From NCBI GenBank assembly GCA_013151555.1, contig JAADIA010000049.1, forward strand, positions 1-62,293: a DNA stretch of 62,293 nucleotides. Direction: 5' to 3'. A program made the translations under genes and the position numbers. Below are positions 42,889-52,230 of this stretch, in pieces (the first letter of the stretch is position 1; each line of letters begins with the position of its first letter). The notes under the pieces are model-generated. The model was not told where the DNA came from and ran no database searches. It worked only from the letters and a program-made list of their open reading frames with translations. Origin of the DNA: Nitrospirota bacterium. GTDB taxonomy: Bacteria; NPL-UPA2; JAADIA01.

Positions 42889-43641
42889 TTAAGAGCGGCG
42901 CTTCGGGGGTGCCTTTTTAATTACCCCCAGAGGAAAACAAGGAATCATCTTTTCTTCCAACCACTTCATTGATTCCTGCGGAGTCAATCTCCAGTAACTG
43001 GGACAAGGGGAGAGGATTTCTACCAGGGAAAGGCCTAACCCCCTTATCTGAAGTTCAAAGGCTGTGCGCATAGCTTTCTTCGCTTTGGCAATATTCGCGG
43101 GGGTGTTCACTGCGGTCCGGTCAACATAAACCGTTCCTGGAAGGTTAGCTAACATCTCCGCAACTTTTAAGGGATACCCGGCCGTAGAGGCTTCCCGGCC
43201 GGCCGGAGAAGTTGCTGTTTTCTGACCAATTAAGGTGGTGGGAGCCATTTGGCCTCCGGTCATCCCGTAAACAGCGTTATTAACGAAAATAACGGTAAGC
43301 TTCTCTTCCCGGTTGGCCGCATGGATTATTTCGGCCGTACCGATAGCTGCCAAATCTCCATCGCCCTGGTAGGTAAAGACGATATTCTCGGGATTTGCTC
43401 GTTTCAGTCCCGTAGCTACGGCGGGAGGTCTTCCGTGCGCGGCCTCAATTATGTCCAGGTCGAAATAGTCATAGAGCAGAACCGCACAGCCGACGGGGGC
43501 GATACCTATCGTCCTTTCCCTTATTTTCAGTTCATCAATGACTTCTCCGAGGAGGCGATGGATAATGCCATGCCCGCATCCGGGACAGTAATGGGTACGA
43601 ACATCCGTCATACATTGGGGGCGACTGAATATTTTCTTCAT
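42889..43641 (-). CDS. 2-oxoacid:ferredoxin oxidoreductase beta (TPP-binding) subunit
   Basis: HYCPGCGHG, GDGD TPP motif. ATGA overlap with the alpha subunit stop. Confidence 0.85.
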   Translation of the reverse strand: MKKIFSRPQCMTDVRTHYCPGCGHGIIHRLLGEVIDELKIRERTIGIAPVGCAVLLYDYFDLDIIEAAHGRPPAVATGLKRANPENIVFTYQGDGDLAAIGTAEIIHAANREEKLTVIFVNNAVYGMTGGQMAPTTLIGQKTATSPAGREASTAGYPLKVAEMLANLPGTVYVDRTAVNTPANIAKAKKAMRTAFELQIRGLGLSLVEILSPCPSYWRLTPQESMKWLEEKMIPCFPLGVIKKAPPKRRS

Positions 43642-44702
43642 ATCTTCCTTATCTCTGCCAATATTTCCTCGGCAGTAGGGACTCCTCCTCCCATCCTTCC
43701 ATAAAAGTGGACGGGACATTTTCCTTCCCCTGCCAACTTGACATCCTCAACCATCTGGCCGGCGCTCATCTCCACAGTGAGGAGAGCTTTGGCCCGGCCG
43801 GCTATCCCGGCAACGATATCCGAAGGGAACGGCCAGAGGGTTATCGGCCGGAGCATTCCCACTTTCAGTCCTTCTTTCCTGGCTTTAGCTAAAGCTGCTT
43901 TGGATATGCGGGCGGAGGTTCCATAAGCGATCAGGACAATCTCCGCATCCTTCAGGGAAATCGCCTCATAGCGTACTTCCTTCCGGGAAATTTTCTTGTA
44001 TTTTTCCTGTAAATGTTGGTTGTGCTGCTCCAGAGTTCCCAGGTAAAGAGAACGGAGGAGATTGCGCGGCCTTCCCTTAGCTCCCGTCAAAGCCCAGGGT
44101 TTTTTATTCGTTGAGGTTTTTTTGCCTTTCCCTTTCAACTTTAAACTTTCAACTTTAAACTCAACCGGTTCCATCATCTGACCGAGGAGACCATCCCCTA
44201 AAAGGATAACGGGATTACGGTATTTGTCCGCTAAATCAAAGGCCAGACGGGTTAAGTCCATCATCTCCTGTACCTTAGAAGGAGCCAGGACGATGGTCCG
44301 GTAATCCCCGTGGCCGCCACCCCGGGTAGCTTGAAAATAATCGGCCTGAGCAGGAGCAATGTTTCCTAATCCCGGACCGCCCCGCATGATGTTAATGATA
44401 ACAGCAGGCAGTTCCGCTCCGGCTAAATAGGAGATCCCTTCCTGCTTGAGACTGATGCCCGGGCTGGAAGAAGAAGTCATCGCCCGCATTCCGGCCGCGG
44501 CAGCGCCGTAGACCATATTTATAGCGGCTATTTCCGACTCCGATTGCAGGAATACCCCTCCAACCTCAGGAAGTCTTCCGGCCATATAAGCCGTCAACTC
44601 GTTTTGAGGAGTTATCGGGTAGCCAAAGTAGTAGCGGCAGTTAGCTTGAATGGCTGCTTCGCCTATTGCTTCGTTCCCGCACATGAGCACTTTCTTGGAC
44701 AC
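43638..44702 (-). CDS. 2-oxoacid:ferredoxin oxidoreductase alpha subunit
   Basis: GNEAIGEAAI...YPITPQNE N-terminus. Contains an internal FKVESLKLKGKGKK segment encoded by heptamer array B6. Confidence 0.85.
   Translation of the reverse strand: MSKKVLMCGNEAIGEAAIQANCRYYFGYPITPQNELTAYMAGRLPEVGGVFLQSESEIAAINMVYGAAAAGMRAMTSSSSPGISLKQEGISYLAGAELPAVIINIMRGGPGLGNIAPAQADYFQATRGGGHGDYRTIVLAPSKVQEMMDLTRLAFDLADKYRNPVILLGDGLLGQMMEPVEFKVESLKLKGKGKKTSTNKKPWALTGAKGRPRNLLRSLYLGTLEQHNQHLQEKYKKISRKEVRYEAISLKDAEIVLIAYGTSARISKAALAKARKEGLKVGMLRPITLWPFPSDIVAGIAGRAKALLTVEMSAGQMVEDVKLAGEGKCPVHFYGRMGGGVPTAEEILAEIRKI
44131..44166. repeat. Family B heptamer array, copy B6, inside the oxidoreductase alpha CDS
   Basis: ctttcaa ctttaaa ctttcaa ctttaaa ctcaacc on the + strand; encodes FKVESLKLK on the - strand. 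Confidence 0.75.
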
Positions 44703-44771
44703 TGTTCACCCCTTTATTGTAGAAAAGAACCCTTGAACCCTACATAATTTTATCACTCTCCGGCCGTCCCG

Positions 44772-46175
44772 TCAATCCTTATCAAAATTAGGTAGTGGTA
44801 TTATCGCAGGAGGAACGGGTTGCCCGGAAAATGTCCGGTAGTTGAGGCTTTTCAGGTTGTGCCAGAGAACAGTAACAGCTACTATAAAGGTGAGCAGGCT
44901 GGAAACAGCATAACCTAATCCATAATAGGCGGGACCTAACTTCAGGGTGATGAGGGTGAAAAGGGTGTTTGTTACCAGGAATGTACCGGTGACGAGGAGA
45001 GCGGCCTTCCAGAACTCAAAATAGCAGAGGATAATGATGGTTATCAGAGCCATGATATGAAAAAAGGAACCAAACGTTCCAAGTCGGAAGATACCCAGTT
45101 GGAGGGGTGACCAACCGATGAGACGGAGTATCTTGGGAGCGAAAAGAATAGCCAGAATTGTTATCAGCCCCTGGATTCTCAGCAGGGTGCCGAAACTTTC
45201 CCGCAGGGAACTTTTTATTTCCTCTATCATCATTTCCAGCTCTTTCAAACCGGCTCTGTCCAGGATGGCATCATAATACCCCCGGAACTTTTCGTAGAAG
45301 CTGGTTTCTACTTTTAGCAGAAAGACTCCCAGGGTCGGGACAACGGTCAGATAGGCTAAGAACATGGCCGAATCGTAAGGATAATGGGTGCGAAAGAGAG
45401 ACCAGACGGCATATCCCTGGGGGGAGAACCATAAGATCCATTTATCTACCCAGATGGCTAAGCTGTAAAATAGACCGATAAAGACGAGTTGGGGGAAGAG
45501 TTTGAAATAACGGTAAAAATCCCAGAAGTTCGATTCCTGCCATCCCGTTTCCCGGAGCACCTGGTAAATTAAGACAAAGAGAATAGTCGCTTGGCCAAGG
45601 CTGAATCCGATAAGCCATCCTTCGAGACGGAAGTGCCGTCCCAGGATCATGGCCGTCCCGAGGCCGATGATGTTGCCTTCTAAAAAGGCAAAGGATATGG
45701 TCTTGTAATCCCTCAAAACACTAAGGAAAGACATTACCAGCCAGAGACAGCTCATGGTTACAAAAAGCCCGATGGCGGCTACTTTATACAAGGGGCTGAC
45801 ATTGCTGAAGAGGTAGAAAACGGTAGCCGAGACAAAGCTTATTCCTGCAGTAAGACAGATAGTGCCGGTAAGTGTTGTCCCCAGGGTGGGATCGCGCAGG
45901 TAGAAGCGGTCGGCAATGAACTTACTGATGAGCAATTGCAACATACCGTTTATGACCAGGGAGAAAATGAAAGTATAGACCATGGTAGCCCGGAAGAGAG
46001 CCAGTTCCGATTTGGAGAGTAAAGGGATGGAAAAGGTGGTTATGGCGGCGAGAGAGATGATGGAGAAAATCCAGGGACCGGCGGCAATGACGGCAGAGTA
46101 AAGGTGCGCGGTGATATCGGATAAGTATGTTTCCTCCTTCAGTAAATTCCTTAATCGAAACCCAATCCCGGCCAT
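44772..46175 (-). CDS. pelG: PelG-like polysaccharide exporter (12-TM)
   Basis: MAGIGFRLRNLLKEETYLSD...GPWIFSI matches the characteristic PelG N-terminus as I recall it. Polytopic membrane protein. Confidence 0.8.
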   Translation of the reverse strand: MAGIGFRLRNLLKEETYLSDITAHLYSAVIAAGPWIFSIISLAAITTFSIPLLSKSELALFRATMVYTFIFSLVINGMLQLLISKFIADRFYLRDPTLGTTLTGTICLTAGISFVSATVFYLFSNVSPLYKVAAIGLFVTMSCLWLVMSFLSVLRDYKTISFAFLEGNIIGLGTAMILGRHFRLEGWLIGFSLGQATILFVLIYQVLRETGWQESNFWDFYRYFKLFPQLVFIGLFYSLAIWVDKWILWFSPQGYAVWSLFRTHYPYDSAMFLAYLTVVPTLGVFLLKVETSFYEKFRGYYDAILDRAGLKELEMMIEEIKSSLRESFGTLLRIQGLITILAILFAPKILRLIGWSPLQLGIFRLGTFGSFFHIMALITIIILCYFEFWKAALLVTGTFLVTNTLFTLITLKLGPAYYGLGYAVSSLLTFIVAVTVLWHNLKSLNYRTFSGQPVPPAIIPLPNFDKD

Positions 46176-46185
46176 CTTATCTCCC

Positions 46186-46295
46186 CTTTCAACCTTAAAC
46201 TTTCGACTTTAAACTTAAAACATAGACTTTGGACCTACAGTACCGACCTTAGACTTAAGACCAGACAAATTTTTAGTCTTAGGTCTATAGTCTTA
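46186..46295. repeat. Family B-like heptamer array with hairpin, copy B7
   Basis: ctttcaa ccttaaa ctttcga ctttaaa cttaaaa ..., then gaccttagacttaagac / gtcttaggtctatagtc inverted arms. Confidence 0.8.
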
Positions 46296-46301
46296 TTTTC
46301 T

Positions 46302-48638
46302 TTACTGCATCAGCTCTTGGTAAAGCTTCGCATAACTTCGCACTACTTCTTCCTGCCGGTAGAAGCGGCTCACCCGTTGCCGACCGCTTTCCCCCATTTC
46401 CTGCCTTAACTTATCGTCAGAGAATATCTTTAAGACGGCTTCGGCCACTTCCTGAGGGTTGCCTATAGAAACGATTAAACCTGCTGCTCCTAATTCCTTA
46501 TCTTCTTTTTCTCTTCCCTGAAGGAGTTCGGCACAAGAACCTACATAAGTGGCTACCACGGGTATTCCTACACACATGGCTTCCATTACTGCCAGGGGTT
46601 GAGCCTCGCTGACGCTGGTTAAGACGAGAACGTCCAGTTTGGGATAATAGAGACGCAGGTCGATGTTGCCGGTAAATTGGATTTTTTCCTCTAATCCTAA
46701 GGACTGGGAGAGCATCCGGCATTCCTCTGCATATCCCGGATCTTCGTCCAATGGTCCCATAATGAGAAACTCTACCCGGGGAATTTTCTCGGCGATTAGC
46801 CTACAGGTCCGAATGAAAGTTTTAATGTCCTTGATAGGAACTACCCGACCGACTAACCCAACCCGGAAGATACCTTCTTTTTCCCTTTGCAGGGAAGAAA
46901 AAGTGTCCACCTGGATGCCGTTGGGAATAATCATCGTTTTATCCGGTTGGGCTCCCATCTCCAGTTGAAGTTTACGATTGTCCTCGTAGAGAGTAACTAT
47001 TCGTTCTGAATGCTCGTAGGTTAATTTGCTTAAAGTATTAAAGAATCCTATCCAGACATCTTTAAGGGAAGTGCCCAGGGGTTCTGCCCAGAGACTATCC
47101 GTCTCCCGGGTATATACCCAGGCAGCGTTGGCAATCTCGATTTTTCTCTCTTCATGGTATATGCCATGTTCCGTTAAAAGAAGCGGTTTCCCCGTTCTCT
47201 TATTAGCCAGGACTCCCAGGAGACCGGCATAGCCGGTAGAGAGGGTATGATAAGCCCTGGCTCGGGGGATGTCTGCCTTGAGTAACTGAAGCAGAGGGAG
47301 AACGATACTCCTGTAGGTCCAAAAAAAGTCAACGAAGGAGGTTTCTTCAGGCATCTTCTGCTCACAGGTCTTTACTAAAAAATCCCAAGCTTGAGGGGAA
47401 AAGAGGAAGGACTGGTCCAGGGATTTTCGACACTTGTCTTCATCAAGAGAATTGATTAATTTATCAAACCCGTCTAAGCTGTTTTTCTCCAGGTTGGTAA
47501 GGAATTCAGCAAGGACATCCCAGGTTTTCTCGTCTATTCTCTTCCCCTGCCGGGTCTCGACATTCTTCTCCTGAAGGTAAACCTCGGATAAGTGAATTAC
47601 ATTCTGAGGAAGAGCAAACTTAAACTCCCGCAAGGAATTTTCAAAGGGGGCTAAGTAAAGAAGAGAGAATCGGATATGGGGCAATCCTTTAATAAGGTTA
47701 CGCACCCAACTGGATACGCCGCCGGGGAAATAGGGATAGGTTCCTTCCAGGATTAAGCAAATATCTGCCTCGTCATCATCTCTTTGCTCTCCCATCCGTC
47801 TCAAGTAGTAATTTGCCAAAGAACGGATGTTCGAATTTTCATCTTTTGTCCAACGGGTTAGGGTCTTCTTTGCCAAATTCTTATCGCCTAAACTTGCCAA
47901 GGCTCTGATAATTTGACAACGCACTTCGTCTTCTTCTTCTTGTTCAAACCTTGCTGTTAACTTTTTCCCTATCTTCTTTGCCTGAAATTGGCCCAAAGCC
48001 CAGGCGGCTAACCTTCTTACCTGCGGGTGGGGGTCCTCAAGCAATGCGACTATCTCTCCGGTGGCTTCTTTTCCTCCTAAGTCCCCCAGGGTAAATATCG
48101 CCGTGCAGCGAACTCGAGGTTCAGGATCCCCGAGCAACTTTCTGACCGGTTTAATAGCTTTAACATCTCTTAGTAGCCTCAAAGCTTCCATGACTTTTAT
48201 CCGAACCTCGACATCCGGGTCCGAGAGCACCCGGATCAACGAGAGGACGGCATATACTTGCCCCTCGGCTCCCAGGGTCTCTGCTGCATAACATTTGCTG
48301 AAAGACCGGCCCCGCTCCAGTTCATCCAGGAGAAGGTCATATTTTTTATCGCTTTCTATGCGGTTGAGAGCCGTTGCTGCTTCGCCCCGCACCATTTCGT
48401 TCTTATCGTTCAAAAAGGAAATCAGCGGGAGGAGAACCGATTCCTTACCGAGATTCCCCATGAGACGACAAAAGTAAGCCCGGAGGAGAAAGGGTTCCGT
48501 TTTAATGAGCTCAGCTAAAGGAGGGATGTATTCCTCCTCCCGTATCTGAAGAAACTTTTCTACCGCTTGCTCTCGCTTGCGCCAGTCCGGGTCTTTCATC
48601 AGGCTGATAAGAGTCTTAATCTCCTCGCGTGGAGACAT
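46302..48638 (-). CDS. pelF: PelF-like GT4 glycosyltransferase (DUF3492 plus GT4) with a ~290-aa N-terminal HEAT-repeat domain
   Basis: Residues ~291 onward: DICLILEGTYPYFPGGVSSWVRNLI (DUF3492/PelF signature), then GT4 (SVSEAQPLAVMEAMCVGIPVV). Residues 1-290: about seven PBS-lyase-type HEAT repeats (DP..VR...A..AL). Confidence 0.8.
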   Translation of the reverse strand: MSPREEIKTLISLMKDPDWRKREQAVEKFLQIREEEYIPPLAELIKTEPFLLRAYFCRLMGNLGKESVLLPLISFLNDKNEMVRGEAATALNRIESDKKYDLLLDELERGRSFSKCYAAETLGAEGQVYAVLSLIRVLSDPDVEVRIKVMEALRLLRDVKAIKPVRKLLGDPEPRVRCTAIFTLGDLGGKEATGEIVALLEDPHPQVRRLAAWALGQFQAKKIGKKLTARFEQEEEDEVRCQIIRALASLGDKNLAKKTLTRWTKDENSNIRSLANYYLRRMGEQRDDDEADICLILEGTYPYFPGGVSSWVRNLIKGLPHIRFSLLYLAPFENSLREFKFALPQNVIHLSEVYLQEKNVETRQGKRIDEKTWDVLAEFLTNLEKNSLDGFDKLINSLDEDKCRKSLDQSFLFSPQAWDFLVKTCEQKMPEETSFVDFFWTYRSIVLPLLQLLKADIPRARAYHTLSTGYAGLLGVLANKRTGKPLLLTEHGIYHEERKIEIANAAWVYTRETDSLWAEPLGTSLKDVWIGFFNTLSKLTYEHSERIVTLYEDNRKLQLEMGAQPDKTMIIPNGIQVDTFSSLQREKEGIFRVGLVGRVVPIKDIKTFIRTCRLIAEKIPRVEFLIMGPLDEDPGYAEECRMLSQSLGLEEKIQFTGNIDLRLYYPKLDVLVLTSVSEAQPLAVMEAMCVGIPVVATYVGSCAELLQGREKEDKELGAAGLIVSIGNPQEVAEAVLKIFSDDKLRQEMGESGRQRVSRFYRQEEVVRSYAKLYQELMQ

Positions 48639-48663
48639 TTGGCAATTCTCCTTAAAAATAAGA

Positions 48664-48728
48664 CAGAATTAAGTAGTAAGTTATAAGGATTAAGTTTTTC
48701 TTAATACTTAATTCTTAATACTTAATCC
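48664..48728. repeat. Family E element, copy E3
   Basis: cagaattaagtagtaagttataaggattaag ttttt cttaatacttaattcttaatacttaatcc. Confidence 0.85.
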
Positions 48729-49755
48729 CATCCTTTGCGCCCGATTCCTCCGTCCAGAAACTGATGATATCCAGAAATCTGTCCGGATGGGGGTGTTTTT
48801 CCCGTATTCGGTTGCAGATAGACGGTATCTTTTCATATTCGCCGAATTCATAACAGCATTGAGCCATACCGAGCAGAGCCCGGAGATTATCCTCGTCATA
48901 GGAGAGAGCCTTTTCAAACCGTTCCCGGGCTTCAAGGAAATTCTGCTTTATAATAGAGATGCGGCCCAGGTTGTTATAGACCTCGGCCTGCTCGGCTTCT
49001 AAGGTTAGAGATTCCAGATATTCGGTTTCGGCTAAGTCAAGGTAGGTTTTTTTTGCCTGGGTATCAAGCAATCCCGACTCACAGTATTCCAGGGCAATAT
49101 TAGCCAGGATCCGGTGCGCTTCACTACTCTCGGGATGGGCGGAGGATTCCTTTTGCGCCTGGAATATATTGGTGGTAAACTCCTCATGTCCTTCCGATAT
49201 GTGAGAAGCAGCTTCGGACCGGACTACCGCGTAGGAATCTTTAGCCAGGCTGTGCAATCTTTCCAGGGACGACTTATCTCCTAACTTGCCTAATATGCGG
49301 GCAGCTCCCGCTCTCCGGCTCGCGTCTTTGTCGCTGAGCCCCTGGACTGCCGGTTCGATCTCGGTTCCCTGACGGACAAATTCGGGAAGGTTGACTATTT
49401 TCCCCGGAAGTTTTTTCCTTCTACCGGAGCAACTCATATACTTTTTATATTCGTCACACAGGTCACTGACTGCTTCCGGGTCAAGCTTATTTCTTAAAAA
49501 GAAAAGGAGCAGTACCCCAAGCAATCCCCCTACCGGAATGGTCAGGGTGAGAGAGGTTCCCAGCAAGATCCAGTTTCGATAGCCACTCTCCTTCTTCAGG
49601 GTTTGCATCAGTCCCAGGGTTACACTGGCCGAAGCAAAAAGGTGGAGAAGGATAACCAGAGAAATCCCGGAGTTGGATAACCCCTCCTTGATGAGAAGAC
49701 TTACCGCCAGGCCCTCTAAAACCAGGCTGGCGAGAAGAAAAAAACTTCCTAACAT
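48715..49755 (-). CDS. PelE-like membrane protein (N-terminal TM helices, HEAT-like and TPR repeats)
   Basis: Lies between the PelD-like and PelF-like genes. TM helices followed by helical repeats. Assignment rests mainly on synteny and architecture. Confidence 0.55.
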   Translation of the reverse strand: MLGSFFLLASLVLEGLAVSLLIKEGLSNSGISLVILLHLFASASVTLGLMQTLKKESGYRNWILLGTSLTLTIPVGGLLGVLLLFFLRNKLDPEAVSDLCDEYKKYMSCSGRRKKLPGKIVNLPEFVRQGTEIEPAVQGLSDKDASRRAGAARILGKLGDKSSLERLHSLAKDSYAVVRSEAASHISEGHEEFTTNIFQAQKESSAHPESSEAHRILANIALEYCESGLLDTQAKKTYLDLAETEYLESLTLEAEQAEVYNNLGRISIIKQNFLEARERFEKALSYDEDNLRALLGMAQCCYEFGEYEKIPSICNRIREKHPHPDRFLDIISFWTEESGAKDGIKY

Positions 49756-51134
49756 TTTGCCTCACTTCTCGTACCCTTTTTCATGTTCTCCCGGGCCTGT
49801 CTGAATAGGTCCTCAACGCTCTTCATCTGAGGATTAAAGGTTGCCCGGCCGGTAGAGAAACGGAGTCTTTTTTCGTCATGGTAAGGTTTAAGTTCAAAAC
49901 CGTTGATGCTTTTAATCAATCGTTCTTCTACCCTCTTTGCCCCCTCCTCATCTGTAAAAGGCAGAATCATAAGGAATCCGTCCTCATTGCCATCCCGGCC
50001 GATGATATCCGTCGTCCTCAGGGCCAGGGAGAAAGCAGATCCCAGGACGCCCAGGAGAGTAGCTTTCATCTCCCCGGAGGCAAGAAGAGCATAATCTTCT
50101 ATCCGAATAAGCATGGTCGAGAAGACCGTTTTGTAACGAAGGGCTTTCTTGAATTCTTCCTCCAAGCGATTTCTCACATATTTAGCGTTGTACACTTTGG
50201 CCACCTCATCGTCTATCCGGTTAGCTTCCGCTTTCCCGTAACGGGTCGCGTTTTCTATAGCCCGGTAAGCCCAGTCGGCTACCACGGAAAGCATTCTCAC
50301 GGAAGCCTGGTTAAATTTGACAAAGGGAAGATAGTCAATATTAATGACTCCCATAACCTTCCCGGAAACCGATTTCAGGGGAGCACACATTATCCTGCCC
50401 TTATCTTTCCCCTCTTCCTTTGCTGCCTCCCACCCTGAATCACGGATAGTTATCGTCTTTCCCCAACTGGCTACTTTCCCCATAACTCCCTCGGTAATGC
50501 CTACTCGCTGAGGAGGGAGGCTGTCCGCCGGGTACCCGAGATTGGCTTTCAACCAGAAGTTCTCCCCCTCGCGAAGATAAAGGGAAATCTTTTCGGCTCC
50601 AATATATTCTTTCACCACCCGGGGGATAGTAGGGAGAAGCTCCTTTAACTCTAAATTTCCCAGACTTTGGGCGGTTTCATAGAGGGTGATTACCGTTGAG
50701 GTCTGACTCAAGACTTTCTTCTCTAATTCCTTCCGCAGATTATCCAGGGCAGTATAACGGGAGTGAACAGATTCTAACTCTTCTTCCTGGCGCTGGACCC
50801 TATCCCGCCATTCCCGAAGTTTCTTTTCCAGGTTATCTCTCAGACTGCCCAGAAAGAAACTGATGATGAGGAAGGAAGCTACCATAGGTAACCTTTCCGA
50901 TAGAAAGGCCTTTTCCTCTCCGGGAAGAACCAGATAAATCGCCCCTACGAGGAGTGAGGAGAGCATTCCCCAGTTAGCTCCATAGCGAGCGCTGGTGAAG
51001 ATGATAACCAGCCAGAGGGGATTGGGGTTAAACTTATAAAAGCCGAGGTCATCTCGGAACCAGAGGAGATTGATAGTCATCAGTAACCCGATGAAACCCA
51101 GAATCTCCAGGATAATATATTTCTTCTTTGACAT
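49749..51134 (-). CDS. PelD-like c-di-GMP receptor (4 TM, coiled coil, GAF, degenerate GGDEF)
   Basis: Four N-terminal helices, a GAF-like region, then LRTTDIIGRDGNEDGFLMILP: an RxxD I-site-like motif upstream of a degenerate GGDEF position. Start set at MSKKKY (51134). Confidence 0.7.
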   Translation of the reverse strand: MSKKKYIILEILGFIGLLMTINLLWFRDDLGFYKFNPNPLWLVIIFTSARYGANWGMLSSLLVGAIYLVLPGEEKAFLSERLPMVASFLIISFFLGSLRDNLEKKLREWRDRVQRQEEELESVHSRYTALDNLRKELEKKVLSQTSTVITLYETAQSLGNLELKELLPTIPRVVKEYIGAEKISLYLREGENFWLKANLGYPADSLPPQRVGITEGVMGKVASWGKTITIRDSGWEAAKEEGKDKGRIMCAPLKSVSGKVMGVINIDYLPFVKFNQASVRMLSVVADWAYRAIENATRYGKAEANRIDDEVAKVYNAKYVRNRLEEEFKKALRYKTVFSTMLIRIEDYALLASGEMKATLLGVLGSAFSLALRTTDIIGRDGNEDGFLMILPFTDEEGAKRVEERLIKSINGFELKPYHDEKRLRFSTGRATFNPQMKSVEDLFRQARENMKKGTRSEAKC

Positions 51135-51180
51135 AGCTCCACCACTTAGGTCGCCTCCGGCGGCAACAGATATAAAGAAA

Positions 51181-51236
51181 GGCACAGAGGCCCAAAGTTA
51201 AAAAAACTACAAAAACTACAAATAACTGCAAGGTGC
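51181..51236. repeat. Family C half-element, copy C3
   Basis: ggcacagaggcccaaagttaaaaaaac...aactgcaagg parallels the left half and loop of C2. Confidence 0.65.
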
Positions 51237-51237
51237 T

Positions 51238-52230
51238 TTATCTAAATAAAATTCTATCCAGTGCTACCGTTCCTACATAAGGGATAAAACCATAACTTGA
51301 CGAGGAACGGTAAGCATACTTTATCAGGGACCTATCCGTGGGTCCTGCATAGTCAATAGTGAATATGGGCAATTTGTATTTCTTTCTAATAGAGAGCAGC
51401 TCCCGGATTAGAGGCTCCCGGACAGAACGAGCTGTCTTTTTATAAAAATTCTCTTCATGGTCGTAGTGGGAGAAAAGGTCTTCCACTGCTAAGGCATCGA
51501 GGGAAGAAGATATCTTCTCGATTATAAAGTTGGCATTAGCGGCAATTAATATTTCTCCCGGGAAAGTTTTCCTTATCTCTTTTATCAAAGTGACCATGCC
51601 GGGTTCCATCTCCGGAAAATTATAGGGGCCGGCCGTGTCCACGGTATCCAGGTAGAGACCGTCGAAGCCTTTCTCGAGGATGGCCGGGATAACCGTGTTC
51701 AGCAAGAGACGATGCCAGCCGGGCTGATTGACATCTACATAGAAATTGCCCGGCCAGTTCGGGTTCTCTTTCCTTATCCATTCCGGGTTTACCCGGGAGA
51801 AGAACCAACGGTAATTTTCAGCTTCTCCCACGCTCAGATAACCGATTACTATCTTACCTCTGGCTTTCAAAGCAAGGACATCTTTTGCTGTGTATGCATC
51901 AGGGTCAATCATTATAAGGTCGAATTTGGAGAGTTGTTTCAGGTGCCCGGTTCCTCCAAAGTAGACGACGAGGTTCTTCACTTCTCTTAACTGTAGGGGC
52001 GAGGAACGAACCATAGATGAGGTCATTCCACAACCTGTAAGTACAAGACTGATGAATGAAATGCCGCAAAATAGCCATCCTTGCTTAGGCCTTGCAATTC
52101 GAGAATTGCCGGTACTTAATCCCGGAAATCCTTCGGGTTTCCGGGATCCCCGATTGAATAATCCGGGTAACCTGCCTTTAAAAATTTGTGTAATCAAAAG
52201 TAGAGTACCCATCCTACCTGCACCTTCCAT
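51238..52230 (-). CDS. GH114/TM1410-type (PelA-hydrolase-like) glycoside hydrolase, probable lipoprotein
   Basis: LVLTGC lipobox. VIGYLSVGEAE and KGFDGLYLDTVDT motifs typical of the endo-alpha-1,4-polygalactosaminidase-like TIM barrel. Start uncertain (52230 or 52212). Confidence 0.7.
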   Translation of the reverse strand: MEGAGRMGTLLLITQIFKGRLPGLFNRGSRKPEGFPGLSTGNSRIARPKQGWLFCGISFISLVLTGCGMTSSMVRSSPLQLREVKNLVVYFGGTGHLKQLSKFDLIMIDPDAYTAKDVLALKARGKIVIGYLSVGEAENYRWFFSRVNPEWIRKENPNWPGNFYVDVNQPGWHRLLLNTVIPAILEKGFDGLYLDTVDTAGPYNFPEMEPGMVTLIKEIRKTFPGEILIAANANFIIEKISSSLDALAVEDLFSHYDHEENFYKKTARSVREPLIRELLSIRKKYKLPIFTIDYAGPTDRSLIKYAYRSSSSYGFIPYVGTVALDRILFR

